The notes beneath the pieces were generated by a model, which worked only from the letters and a program-made list of their open reading frames with translations, was not told the origin of the DNA and ran no database searches. A DNA stretch of 64,000 nt from Steroidobacteraceae bacterium. GTDB lineage: Bacteria; Pseudomonadota; Gammaproteobacteria; Steroidobacterales; Steroidobacteraceae. Position 1 is the stretch's first letter; every line of letters begins with the position of its first letter. The position numbers and the translations under genes were made by a program. The stretch is taken from assembly GCA_035495635.1 (NCBI GenBank), contig DATJFN010000055.1:539-64538 (forward strand), read 5' to 3'. This document shows positions 56,461 through 64,000 of the stretch, in pieces.

Positions 56461-57267
56461 GTGGCACGCATCGCAAGCCTGCACGTCTACCCGGTCAAGT
56501 CCTGCCGCGGGATCGACGTCGACTCGTTCCTGCTGACGGACACGGGCCCCGCGTGGGACCGGCGCTGGATGATCGTCACGCCGGCGGGCCACTTCATCAC
56601 GCAACGCTCGCACCCGGCGATGGCGACGATCGCCGTGGCGATCCAGGGCGGCAGGCTCCGGCTCACCGCCTCCGGGCGCGCGCCGCTCGAGGTCACCGTG
56701 GACCACGGCGGGAAGTCGTGGCCGGTCGTCGTCTGGAAGAGTACCTGCCTCGGCATCGACGCGGGAGACGCGGCGGCCGCCTGGCTGTCGGACGTGCTCG
56801 GCGAGCCGCTCCGGCTCGTGCGACAGGATCCTGCGCAGCCGCGCCACGCCAATACGCAATACGCGCCCGAATCCACGCCGGTGTCGTTCGCGGACGCTTA
56901 CCCGATCCTCATGATCTCGCGCGCGTCGCTCGAGGAACTGAATCGCCGGCTGCCCGCGCCGATCCCGATGACTCGCTTCCGCCCGAACGTCGTGATCGAA
57001 GGCGTCGAGGCCCATGCCGAGGATGCGATGACGCGATTCCGCACTGGGTCCGTCGTCCTGCGCGGCATCAAGCATTGCGATCGCTGCCCGATTACGACCA
57101 CGGACCAGCTGACTGGCGCCCGCGACCCGCACCAGCAGCCGCTTCGCACGCTCGCGACCTACCGGCATGACTACGTACTGAAGGGCGTCGTCTTCGGCCA
57201 GAACTGCGTCGTCGAATCCGGATTCGGCGAGCGCCTCGCGGTCGGAGCGCCGCTCACGATCGGTTAG
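56461..57267 (+). CDS. MOSC domain protein (YcbX-like: MOSC N-terminal beta-barrel + MOSC)
   Basis: 268 aa. IASLHVYPVKSCRGI, DRRWMIV, and the conserved Cys in IKHCDRCPITT. The GTG start has a GAGGG SD and lies 8 nt after the CHAT gene stop. Confidence 0.85.
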   Translation: MARIASLHVYPVKSCRGIDVDSFLLTDTGPAWDRRWMIVTPAGHFITQRSHPAMATIAVAIQGGRLRLTASGRAPLEVTVDHGGKSWPVVVWKSTCLGIDAGDAAAAWLSDVLGEPLRLVRQDPAQPRHANTQYAPESTPVSFADAYPILMISRASLEELNRRLPAPIPMTRFRPNVVIEGVEAHAEDAMTRFRTGSVVLRGIKHCDRCPITTTDQLTGARDPHQQPLRTLATYRHDYVLKGVVFGQNCVVESGFGERLAVGAPLTIG

Positions 57268-57273
57268 CGGCGA

Positions 57274-57361
57274 GAAATAAAGGGGACGCGCCCCTTTACT
57301 TTTGCCGGTTCGGCCGCCCAGGCAAATACGAAAAAATAAAGGGGCGCGTCCCCTTTATTTC
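57274..57361. repeat. inverted pair of REP-like palindromes (copies 57279..57297 and 57338..57356)
   Basis: AGAAATAAAGGGGACGCGCCCCTTT ... AAAGGGGCGCGTCCCCTTTATTTCT (24 nt inverted repeats). The 40 nt spacer has its own TTTGCC/GGCAAA inverted repeat. It lies between convergent genes. Confidence 0.9.
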
Positions 57362-57370
57362 TTTATTTCC

Positions 57371-58900
57371 TTACCAGGTGTAGCGGACGCGGTAGGTGAC
57401 AGTCGCCTCGCCGTCGGCGGCCACCTTGACCGGGAACTCGATCGTGCGCGCGTCCTTCTTGACCGAAGGCTGCGACTGCTCGATCAGCGTCCATTGGCTC
57501 CAGCGGTAGAGGTTCTCGCGCACGACGACCTCGACCGGCTGTGCCTTGTGGTTGCGGACCTTGATCTCAAAGGCCTCTTCCATGACACGGCCCTTCGTAT
57601 TGACCGTGAAGTCGGTCTGCCGGCGCTCGCCGACGACGTCGAACGCCTTCCCGAGCCGCACGCGCACGTCCTCGTCCTTCGGCGTGTGCTTGATCGTGTC
57701 CTCGCCGATGAACTCGAGGCTGCCGTCCGCCTTGTCCTGCTGCGAAACGCGGATGCGGCCCGCCGGCAGAGGCATGCCCATGCCGGAGTCCTTGTCGTTG
57801 CGGAACGTGAGCCAGACGTCGACGTCCGTGTTCGAGCTCGGACCGAGTTCGCGTTCCGTCACCGGCACTCCGTAGAGACTGCCGAGATCGCCGCCGTAGT
57901 ACACGAGCTGCTTCTTCGCCGGCACCCGTGTCGCGGTGTCGAACAGCTCGATCTGCTTGGTCGAGTTGTTCGGGATCGTCGCCGGCCGGCCGAGCGTGTA
58001 GAGGTGGTATTCGAAGAACGACTTCTCCTGGAAGCCAGCTGGCTCGGCCGCCGCCGCCATGTCCTGCATCTCGTATGCCTTCGCGCGCAGTACCTGCGGC
58101 GGCGGCTGCGCACGATTCACGTCGCCCGCGATCAACTTGAGCTTGGCGTCCGAGAAACGCGCGCCCGACTGGTTGAGGAGGCTCACCCAGGCGCCGACAT
58201 CGACAAAGCCCGAGTTCGCGTCCGATCCCTCCGTGAAGATGAGGTTGTAGTCGGCCCACCAGGTGATCCCGCCGGTCTGGTAGGAAACGCGCGCCTTCTG
58301 CATGCCGCCGCGGCCCGAGGCCACGTCCCACTCGAGCGTCGGCCGCGTGATGAGGCCGCCCGGGAGCTCGCCGAAGCGGATGCTGGTCCATTCGCGGAGC
58401 GCCCGGACCTGGCCGTCGGCGCCGCGGATCACGAGCCCATCGTTCGAGGAGACGAGCGTGCCGTCGATGACCTTCTCGCCGTCGCCGTTTCGCTGCACTA
58501 CGCTCACGTCGCGGTCGACGTAGCGCGACAGCAGCTTGTCCTGGCTCACGAGGTCGAACTGGAAGTTCTGCTCCAGCACCTTCGTGCCGTCGGGGTCGGT
58601 CAGCGACAGGAACTGCACGGTGGTCGGGTCGATGAGGGCCGCGACGTCGCTGAACTGGATCGTGCCGCGCCCGCGGGGAATCTGGAGCTCGCGGTCGAGC
58701 CTGACGAGCGCGAAGCCCGGCAGCTGGTTCGCCATGGGCGACCCCATGCCCGGCAGCGGCCGGTACCACTCCGCGGGGATGCCGCCCGGCTGCGCGGAGC
58801 TGTACACCGTGAGCGATACGTCGGGCTCCGCGGCGAGGGCGTTGAGCGCGAACAGGACACCGGCTGCGACCATTCCGGAACGTGATGCGGAGCACGACAT
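57371..58900 (-). CDS. DUF4139 domain-containing secreted protein
   Basis: Trimmed to MSCSASRSGMVAAGVLFALNALAAEP (signal peptide; GGAGG SD 7 nt upstream). 509 aa. The ...WADYNL...L.N.SG...DA.L.LIAGDVNR... pattern is typical of DUF4139. Confidence 0.7.
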   Translation of the reverse strand: MSCSASRSGMVAAGVLFALNALAAEPDVSLTVYSSAQPGGIPAEWYRPLPGMGSPMANQLPGFALVRLDRELQIPRGRGTIQFSDVAALIDPTTVQFLSLTDPDGTKVLEQNFQFDLVSQDKLLSRYVDRDVSVVQRNGDGEKVIDGTLVSSNDGLVIRGADGQVRALREWTSIRFGELPGGLITRPTLEWDVASGRGGMQKARVSYQTGGITWWADYNLIFTEGSDANSGFVDVGAWVSLLNQSGARFSDAKLKLIAGDVNRAQPPPQVLRAKAYEMQDMAAAAEPAGFQEKSFFEYHLYTLGRPATIPNNSTKQIELFDTATRVPAKKQLVYYGGDLGSLYGVPVTERELGPSSNTDVDVWLTFRNDKDSGMGMPLPAGRIRVSQQDKADGSLEFIGEDTIKHTPKDEDVRVRLGKAFDVVGERRQTDFTVNTKGRVMEEAFEIKVRNHKAQPVEVVVRENLYRWSQWTLIEQSQPSVKKDARTIEFPVKVAADGEATVTYRVRYTW

Positions 58901-58962
58901 AACGAGCCCTCCTTGGGCGGCGAATGCATAGAATAAACGGCGGCGCTCCCGGAGTCGGGTCA

Positions 58963-59469
58963 ATGCCCACCGAAATATCGCCCTGGGTCGAGAAGCTGTC
59001 GCCGTACCGGCAGGCTATCGCTGCCGGCGCGGTGCTCGTGGTGCTCATCGGCGCGATCGCCTGGCTTGCCTATCGCTGGAACGTCGCGAATGACCGCCTG
59101 GCACTCCTGCAGCAGCAGGCGGACGCGGGCTTCCTGCAGGCGCCGTCGACGAGCCGCACCGTGCGCATCGACCTGCATGCACCCCGCGCGGTCTCGGTTG
59201 GCGGCGTCGGATTCCCCGAGCGCGTCGACCTTCTCGTCAATGCGCGCACCGACCGCTACGCGCGCTTTCGCATGAGCCTCCTGCGCGACGATGGCACGCT
59301 CATCGTCCACGCCGACGAGATGCTTCGCGACTCGAACAACGATCTTCGCCTCTCGTTCAACTCCTCGATCCTGCCGGCAGGCGCCTACCGCGTCCGCGTC
59401 GAAGGCTACCTGCGCGCGGGCGAGACTCAGTTCATGGCGGAAGCGCCGCTGACTTCCGCCGGTCGCTGA
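58963..59469 (+). CDS. hypothetical membrane-anchored protein
   Basis: Start at ATG 58963 is preferred (GGAG 8 nt upstream); the track start is 58924. One TM (AIAAGAVLVVLIGAIAWLAY). No recognised domain. Confidence 0.45.
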   Translation: MPTEISPWVEKLSPYRQAIAAGAVLVVLIGAIAWLAYRWNVANDRLALLQQQADAGFLQAPSTSRTVRIDLHAPRAVSVGGVGFPERVDLLVNARTDRYARFRMSLLRDDGTLIVHADEMLRDSNNDLRLSFNSSILPAGAYRVRVEGYLRAGETQFMAEAPLTSAGR

Positions 59470-59594
59470 CTCTTCCACTTCGCCGGCCGGACTGAAAGTT
59501 CCGGCTGGCAGGGCGCTGCGCCTCGCTCCGACAGACTTCGAAGCCCTGACGACCCTTAGCTGGGTGGAAATTCCACCAGCGAGAGCATCCACCC

Positions 59595-60104
59595 ATGCAG
59601 GAACGGAATCCCATCGAGCGAGCGCACGAAGACGCGCGCGAAGGCAAGGCGGAAACCACGCAGGCCGGCAAGTTCATCCGCGAGGAAATGCACCACATTC
59701 GCGAAGGCAAGCATGGCGCACAGTCGGCCCGGCAGGCGGTCGCGATCGGGCTGTCCAAGGCGCGCCGGGCCGGCGTGAAACTGCCACCGCCCGGCAAGGG
59801 CAAGGCATCGGCCAAGACACGCAAGCGCGCAAAGCGCGACCTCGCGAGGGCAAAAGGCGCACCGGCGCGGCGGCGCCCCAGCGCAAAGCGCTCGCGCGCG
59901 ACGTTGCGTGCGCTCCGGCGCAAGGGCCGCCGGGCTGCATCGCGAACTGCGCTATCCCGGCAGGCGCATCGCGTCGCACGCCGGCGCGGTGCGGCTGCAC
60001 GCAAGGCGTCGGCGAGAAAGGCCGTGCGCATTAAGACGCCGGCACAGCGTCGGGCGGCGGGCAGGAAGGCCGCGCGGACGCGTCGCCGGCGCGCTCGACG
60101 TTAA
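59595..60104 (+). CDS. small basic protein: DUF6496-like N-terminus plus Arg/Lys/Ala-rich tail
   Basis: 169 aa. The N-terminus ERAHEDAREGKAETTQAGKFIREEMHHIREGKHGAQSARQAVAIGLSKARRAGVKL resembles the DUF6496 family. The remaining ~100 aa are highly basic and low complexity. Confidence 0.55.
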   Translation: MQERNPIERAHEDAREGKAETTQAGKFIREEMHHIREGKHGAQSARQAVAIGLSKARRAGVKLPPPGKGKASAKTRKRAKRDLARAKGAPARRRPSAKRSRATLRALRRKGRRAASRTALSRQAHRVARRRGAAARKASARKAVRIKTPAQRRAAGRKAARTRRRRARR

Positions 60105-60146
60105 AGGGAGCGAAGGCCGAAAGAGCCGCGTGAGTCGCTCGAGGCC

Positions 60147-62636
60147 TCAACCTTCCCGCAGCGTGCTGATCGGCGGGTGGTTGACGACGCCGCGCGCCGC
60201 GAGCGTCCCCGCCCCGCCCACGATGAGCGCGCCGGCCGCGAGGCCGATCGCCCAGACCCAGGGATCGATCGCGTACTCGAGGTCGAAGACCTGCGTCGCG
60301 AGGAGCCAGCCCGCGAGCGTCGCGCCGATCGCCGCGAGGACGCCCGCCAGCATGCCGAGCGCCGTGAACTCCGAGGCGACGCCCGCCAGCACGACGCGGC
60401 GCCGCGCGCCGAGCGTGCGCAGCATCGCGCTCTCGTAGCGGCGCTCGTCGCGCGTCGACTGGATCGCGGCGAGCAGCACGGTGATCCCCGCCGCCAGGGT
60501 GAACAGGAAGACGTACTGCACGGCAAGCGAGGCGCGGTCGATGACGTCCCGAACCTGGGCGAGGATCGCGTCGATGTCGAACACGGACACCGACGGGAAC
60601 CGGCGCACGAGGTCGACGAGCATCGGCCGCTGCGGCGCCTCGAGCCGCATGCTCGTGAGCCAGGTGCCGGCGAGGCCCTCGAGCGTGCCCGGCGAGAACA
60701 CGAGGAAGAAGTTCGGGCGGAAGCTGTCCCATTCGACCTCGCGGAACGACAGCACTTCGGCTTCCACTGTCTCGCCCGCGACGTCGAAGGCGAGCCGGTC
60801 GCCGAGCTTCAGCCCGAGGTCCTCCTGGTACTCGGTCGCGACCGAGACGTAGTGCCTGCCGCGGTCCGCCGCGTTCCACCAGCGGCCGGCGACGATCTTG
60901 TTGTCGACCTGCGGCGTCTCCGCCCAGGACAGGTTCTGCTCGCGCTCCGCCCACTCGCGCCCGCGGTCCGTCTTCGGCGCGATCTCCTCGATCGGCCGCC
61001 CGTTGATCGCGGTCATGCGCGACCGGATCATCGGGAAGAGCTGCGGCTTCGGAAGCCCGTGGCCCTCGATGAAGGCCTCGAAGTCCTGCCTGTCCGCCGA
61101 CGGAATGTTGATCATGAAGAAGTTCGGCGTGTTGGCCGGCAGGCTCGCGCGCCAGTCCCGCAGCAGGTCGTTCCGCACCACGGCGAGCAGCAAGAGCACC
61201 ATGAGGCCGAGCCCAAAGGCGACGATCTGCACGACGCTCTCGCGGCCGCGCCGCGCGAGGTTCGCGACACCGTAGCGCCAGGCGACGCCGACCGCGCCGC
61301 GCAGCCGACCGGCGAGCCACACGAGCAAGAAGCCCGCACCGTAGAGGACGGCCAGCGTGGCCGCGATCCCCGCGGCGACGTAACCGACGAGCTTCGCGTC
61401 GCGCACCAGCCAGTAGAGGACGCCGATCAGCGCGACCACGGCGAGGCCGTAGGACACCGAGTAGCGCAGCGGCGGCGGCTCGAGGTTCCGGCGCAGCACG
61501 CGTGCGGGCGGCACGCGCTTCAACTGCAGCATCGGCGGCAGCGCGAAGCCGACGAGGATTGCGAGCGCCGTCGCCCCGCCCAGGACGGCCGGCGCGAGCG
61601 TCGGCGGCGGCAGGTCCGCCTGCACCAGGTCGCCGAGGACACGCGTCAGGAACTCCTGTGCGCCGTAGCCTAGGAGACTCCCGACGAGCGCGGCGATGAG
61701 CGCAACGAAGGCGAGCTCGATCACCGTGACCTGCAGCACGAGCCGCTGCGGCGCGCCCATGCATTTCATCAACGCGACGTTGTCGAGGTGGCGCCGCGTA
61801 TAGCGGCGCGCCGCCATGGCGACCGCGACCGCCGCGAGCAGCACGGTGATCATCGCCGACAGGTTCAGGAACCGGCCCGCGCGCCGACTGGAGGACTGCA
61901 CTTGGGGGCTCTCCTCGGCGATGCCCACGAGCCTCTCGCTCTTCGTCTTACGCTCCTCGAGCACCGGCCGGAACGCGCGGATGTCCGCAGGCTTGCCGGC
62001 AAAGAGAAGCGCGTAAGTCGCGCGGCTGCCCGGGGCCAGCAGCCCCGTCGCGTCGAGATCGGCGAGGGGCAACAAGATCGACGGCGCGAGGTCGACGAAA
62101 GCGGAGCCCTGGTCGGGCCGGTAGTCCAGCACGCGAGAAACCGTAAAGCTCGCGGCGCCGACGTTCACGCGGTCGCCGACACGCGCGCCGAGCCGCGCGA
62201 GCAGTCGCGGCTCGAGCCAGGCCTCGCCATGGCCCGGGAGCGAGTCGGTCTCGCGCGCCGGCGTGAAGGCTGCGTCCGAAATCTTGAGACGGCCGCGGAG
62301 CGGGTAACCCGGACCCGTGGCGCGGACCGCCGCGAGTACCGAGTCGGTGCCGAAGAAGACGACGCTCGGGAACGTCACCGTGCGCGCGGTCGCGATGTCC
62401 TGCTTCGCCGCGAGTGATTCGTAGTCCGCCGAAATCGGCTCGGGCGATCGCAGCCTGAGGTCCGCCGCCAGCACTTCGGCCGCGCGCTGCTCCACCGCCT
62501 GGCCGATGCGATCGGTGAAGAACCCGACGCCGGTCAGCGCAGTGACCGCGACGAGCAGCGCCAAAAGCAGCACCGCCAGCTCGCCCGACCGCCAGTCGCG
62601 CGAGAGGGCCAGCAGAGCAAAGCGCAGAGCACGCAT
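60147..62636 (-). CDS. ybbP: ABC transporter permease, FtsX-like (YbbP-type, duplicated)
   Basis: C-terminal 829 aa of track ORF 60147..63116. MRALRFALLALSRDWRSGELAVLLLALLV... with two FtsX-type 4-TM modules. The ATG overlaps the ATPase stop by 1 nt. Confidence 0.85.
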   Translation of the reverse strand: MRALRFALLALSRDWRSGELAVLLLALLVAVTALTGVGFFTDRIGQAVEQRAAEVLAADLRLRSPEPISADYESLAAKQDIATARTVTFPSVVFFGTDSVLAAVRATGPGYPLRGRLKISDAAFTPARETDSLPGHGEAWLEPRLLARLGARVGDRVNVGAASFTVSRVLDYRPDQGSAFVDLAPSILLPLADLDATGLLAPGSRATYALLFAGKPADIRAFRPVLEERKTKSERLVGIAEESPQVQSSSRRAGRFLNLSAMITVLLAAVAVAMAARRYTRRHLDNVALMKCMGAPQRLVLQVTVIELAFVALIAALVGSLLGYGAQEFLTRVLGDLVQADLPPPTLAPAVLGGATALAILVGFALPPMLQLKRVPPARVLRRNLEPPPLRYSVSYGLAVVALIGVLYWLVRDAKLVGYVAAGIAATLAVLYGAGFLLVWLAGRLRGAVGVAWRYGVANLARRGRESVVQIVAFGLGLMVLLLLAVVRNDLLRDWRASLPANTPNFFMINIPSADRQDFEAFIEGHGLPKPQLFPMIRSRMTAINGRPIEEIAPKTDRGREWAEREQNLSWAETPQVDNKIVAGRWWNAADRGRHYVSVATEYQEDLGLKLGDRLAFDVAGETVEAEVLSFREVEWDSFRPNFFLVFSPGTLEGLAGTWLTSMRLEAPQRPMLVDLVRRFPSVSVFDIDAILAQVRDVIDRASLAVQYVFLFTLAAGITVLLAAIQSTRDERRYESAMLRTLGARRRVVLAGVASEFTALGMLAGVLAAIGATLAGWLLATQVFDLEYAIDPWVWAIGLAAGALIVGGAGTLAARGVVNHPPISTLREG

Positions 62637-63316
62637 CAGCGGCCCCCGACCAGTTGCCCCGCGTCCAGCTCGATCACGCGCCCGCAGCGCGCGGCGATCT
62701 CGCGGTCGTGCGTCACGAGGACGAGCGTCGTGCCGTTCGCGGCGTTGAGGTCGAAGAGCAGCTCGATCACCCTCGCGCCGGTCGCGGTGTCGAGGTTCCC
62801 GGTCGGCTCGTCGGCGAACAGGACGGCTGGGCGCGTGACGAAGGCGCGCGCGATGGCGACGCGCTGCTGCTCGCCGCCCGAGAGCTGCCGCGGGTAGTGG
62901 CCGAGCCGCGGCGCGAGGCCCACGTCGCCGAGCACGGCGCGGGCCGCGGCGTGCGCATCGCGCCGCCCCGCAAGCTCGAGCGGGAGCATCACGTTCTCGA
63001 GCGCGGTGAGGGAAGGAATGAGATGGAAGGACTGGAACACGAAGCCGACGTGCTGCGCGCGCGCCTCCGCGCGCCCGTCCTCGTCGAGCGCCGAGAGCTC
63101 GATGCCCGCAAGCCACACTTCGCCGGCGCTCGGCTCGTCGAGTCCCGCGAGCAGCGAGAGCAGCGTCGACTTGCCCGCGCCCGAGGCGCCGACGACGGCC
63201 ACCGTTTCGCCCGCCAGGACGGCGAGGCTCACGTCGTCGAGGATGGTCAGCCTTCCTTCGGGGCTGCTAACCTCCTTGCGCAAACTCCTGGCTTCGAGAA
63301 CGGTCTTCCGGTCCAT
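62636..63316 (-). CDS. ybbA: ABC transporter ATP-binding protein (YbbA-like)
   Basis: Trimmed to MDRKTVLEARSLRKEV... (226 aa). Walker A GASGAGKST, signature LSGGEQQR, Walker B LFADEPT. Confidence 0.9.
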   Translation of the reverse strand: MDRKTVLEARSLRKEVSSPEGRLTILDDVSLAVLAGETVAVVGASGAGKSTLLSLLAGLDEPSAGEVWLAGIELSALDEDGRAEARAQHVGFVFQSFHLIPSLTALENVMLPLELAGRRDAHAAARAVLGDVGLAPRLGHYPRQLSGGEQQRVAIARAFVTRPAVLFADEPTGNLDTATGARVIELLFDLNAANGTTLVLVTHDREIAARCGRVIELDAGQLVGGR

Positions 63317-63932
63317 GGCTCGCTGGTTGTTCCTCGCGCTGATTCTCGCCGCCGCGACGCTTCCCGCGCGGTCCACCGAACCGCCGGTGATTCTCGTCAT
63401 GGGCGATTCGCTGTCGGCCGGCTACGGGCTCGCGCCCGGCCAGGGCTGGGTGACCCTGCTGCAGCAGCGGTTGAAGAAGGAAGGGTACGGACACCGGGTC
63501 GTCAACGCCAGCGTGAGCGGTGAGACGACGGATGGCGGCGTCGCGCGCATCGACCGCGCGCTCGCGACGCACAAGCCGGGCATCGTGATACTCGAGCTCG
63601 GCGGCAACGATGGTCTGCGCGGCCTTCCGGTCGCGCGCGTCGAATCGAACCTCGGGCTCCTCATCGCCAGGAGCCGCGCCGCCGGTGCCCAGGTGCTCAT
63701 GCTCACCGTCAGCATGCCGACGAATTACGGGCTGAAATACGCCAGCGAGTTCCAGAAGGTCTACGACGACCTCCGCGTTCGCTACAAGGTCGGCACGGCG
63801 GCGCTCATGAGTCCGAAGATGGCAGTCGACTTGACTAACTTCCAGGCCGACGGCATTCACCCGAACGCCGAGGCGCAGCCGCAACTCCTGAACAACGTCT
63901 GGACCCCGCTCGTGCCGCTCTTGCGCCACTAG
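63315..63932 (+). CDS. tesA: SGNH/GDSL arylesterase / acyl-CoA thioesterase I-like
   Basis: Trimmed to MARWLFLALILAAATLPARS (signal peptide). 205 aa. GDSLSAGYG (block I), GGNDGLRG (block III), DGIHPN (block V). It is divergent from ybbA/ybbP, as in E. coli. Confidence 0.85.
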   Translation: MARWLFLALILAAATLPARSTEPPVILVMGDSLSAGYGLAPGQGWVTLLQQRLKKEGYGHRVVNASVSGETTDGGVARIDRALATHKPGIVILELGGNDGLRGLPVARVESNLGLLIARSRAAGAQVLMLTVSMPTNYGLKYASEFQKVYDDLRVRYKVGTAALMSPKMAVDLTNFQADGIHPNAEAQPQLLNNVWTPLVPLLRH

Positions 63933-64000
63933 TCAAAGGCGCGTCAAATCCGGACGATTGCCTCACGAGGTCCGCGGCCACTATTTTGCGATGCACCAAT

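Noticed and set aside
54783-56471. 562 aa - strand ORF, plus other frames (54314..55069, 54472..55230, 55805..56536) inside the lipase-CHAT gene.
   Set aside because: These are shadow ORFs. Only the + frame 53646..56453 carries coherent lipase and CHAT catalytic motifs.
57302-59048. ORFs 57302..58885 (+, 527 aa) and 57567..59048 (-, 493 aa), which compete with the DUF4139 gene.
   Set aside because: Their composition is biased toward Arg/Asp/His/Pro. The third frame (57371..58900) gives a normal secreted protein with a signal peptide, an SD and family-like motifs.

Overview
A 64 kb stretch of a high-GC proteobacterial chromosome. I found no rRNA, tRNA, CRISPR array, transposase, integrase or phage genes. 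I support about 55 CDS. Many entries in the ORF track are antisense or out-of-frame shadows typical of GC-rich DNA, and several long track ORFs are real genes with spurious N-terminal extensions, which I trimmed by hand.

Content from left to right:
- 5' 2359 codons of a cyclic beta-1,2-glucan synthase. It is absent from the track because it runs off the left edge.
- AlaX editing protein and a DUF481 outer-membrane protein.
- A MATE exporter translationally coupled to a TPR-sulfotransferase.
- A Fec-type cell-surface signalling unit (ECF sigma, FecR, STN-TonB receptor).
- An S8 peptidase with a disordered secreted protein, opposite a second ECF sigma/anti-sigma pair.
- ggt, then ppk1/ppx/sixA.
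- A rhomboid protease and small membrane proteins.
- katG/oxyR.
- A complete MtrCAB-type porin-cytochrome locus. An rquA-like (rhodoquinone) gene is its fourth gene, and a dihaem c4 + NapC/CymA unit is divergent from it across a perfect FNR box.
- A PHB-depolymerase-family esterase and a GlxA/DJ-1 pair.
- A 7-gene aryl-CoA (2-aminobenzoyl/salicylyl-CoA type) operon.
- A 935 aa LCAT-like lipase / M17-N-like / CHAT protease fusion followed by a MOSC gene.
- DUF4139, and the tesA / ybbA / ybbP-like triad.

A 19-25 nt palindromic element (AATAAAGGGGACGCGCCCCTTTATT) recurs at least 13 times in this window. Every copy is intergenic, and many overlap stop codons.

Most interesting candidates:
1. rquA linked to the extracellular-electron-transfer operon.
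2. The lipase-CHAT fusion.
3. The repeat family, especially a 102 bp palindrome that fills an entire divergent intergenic region.
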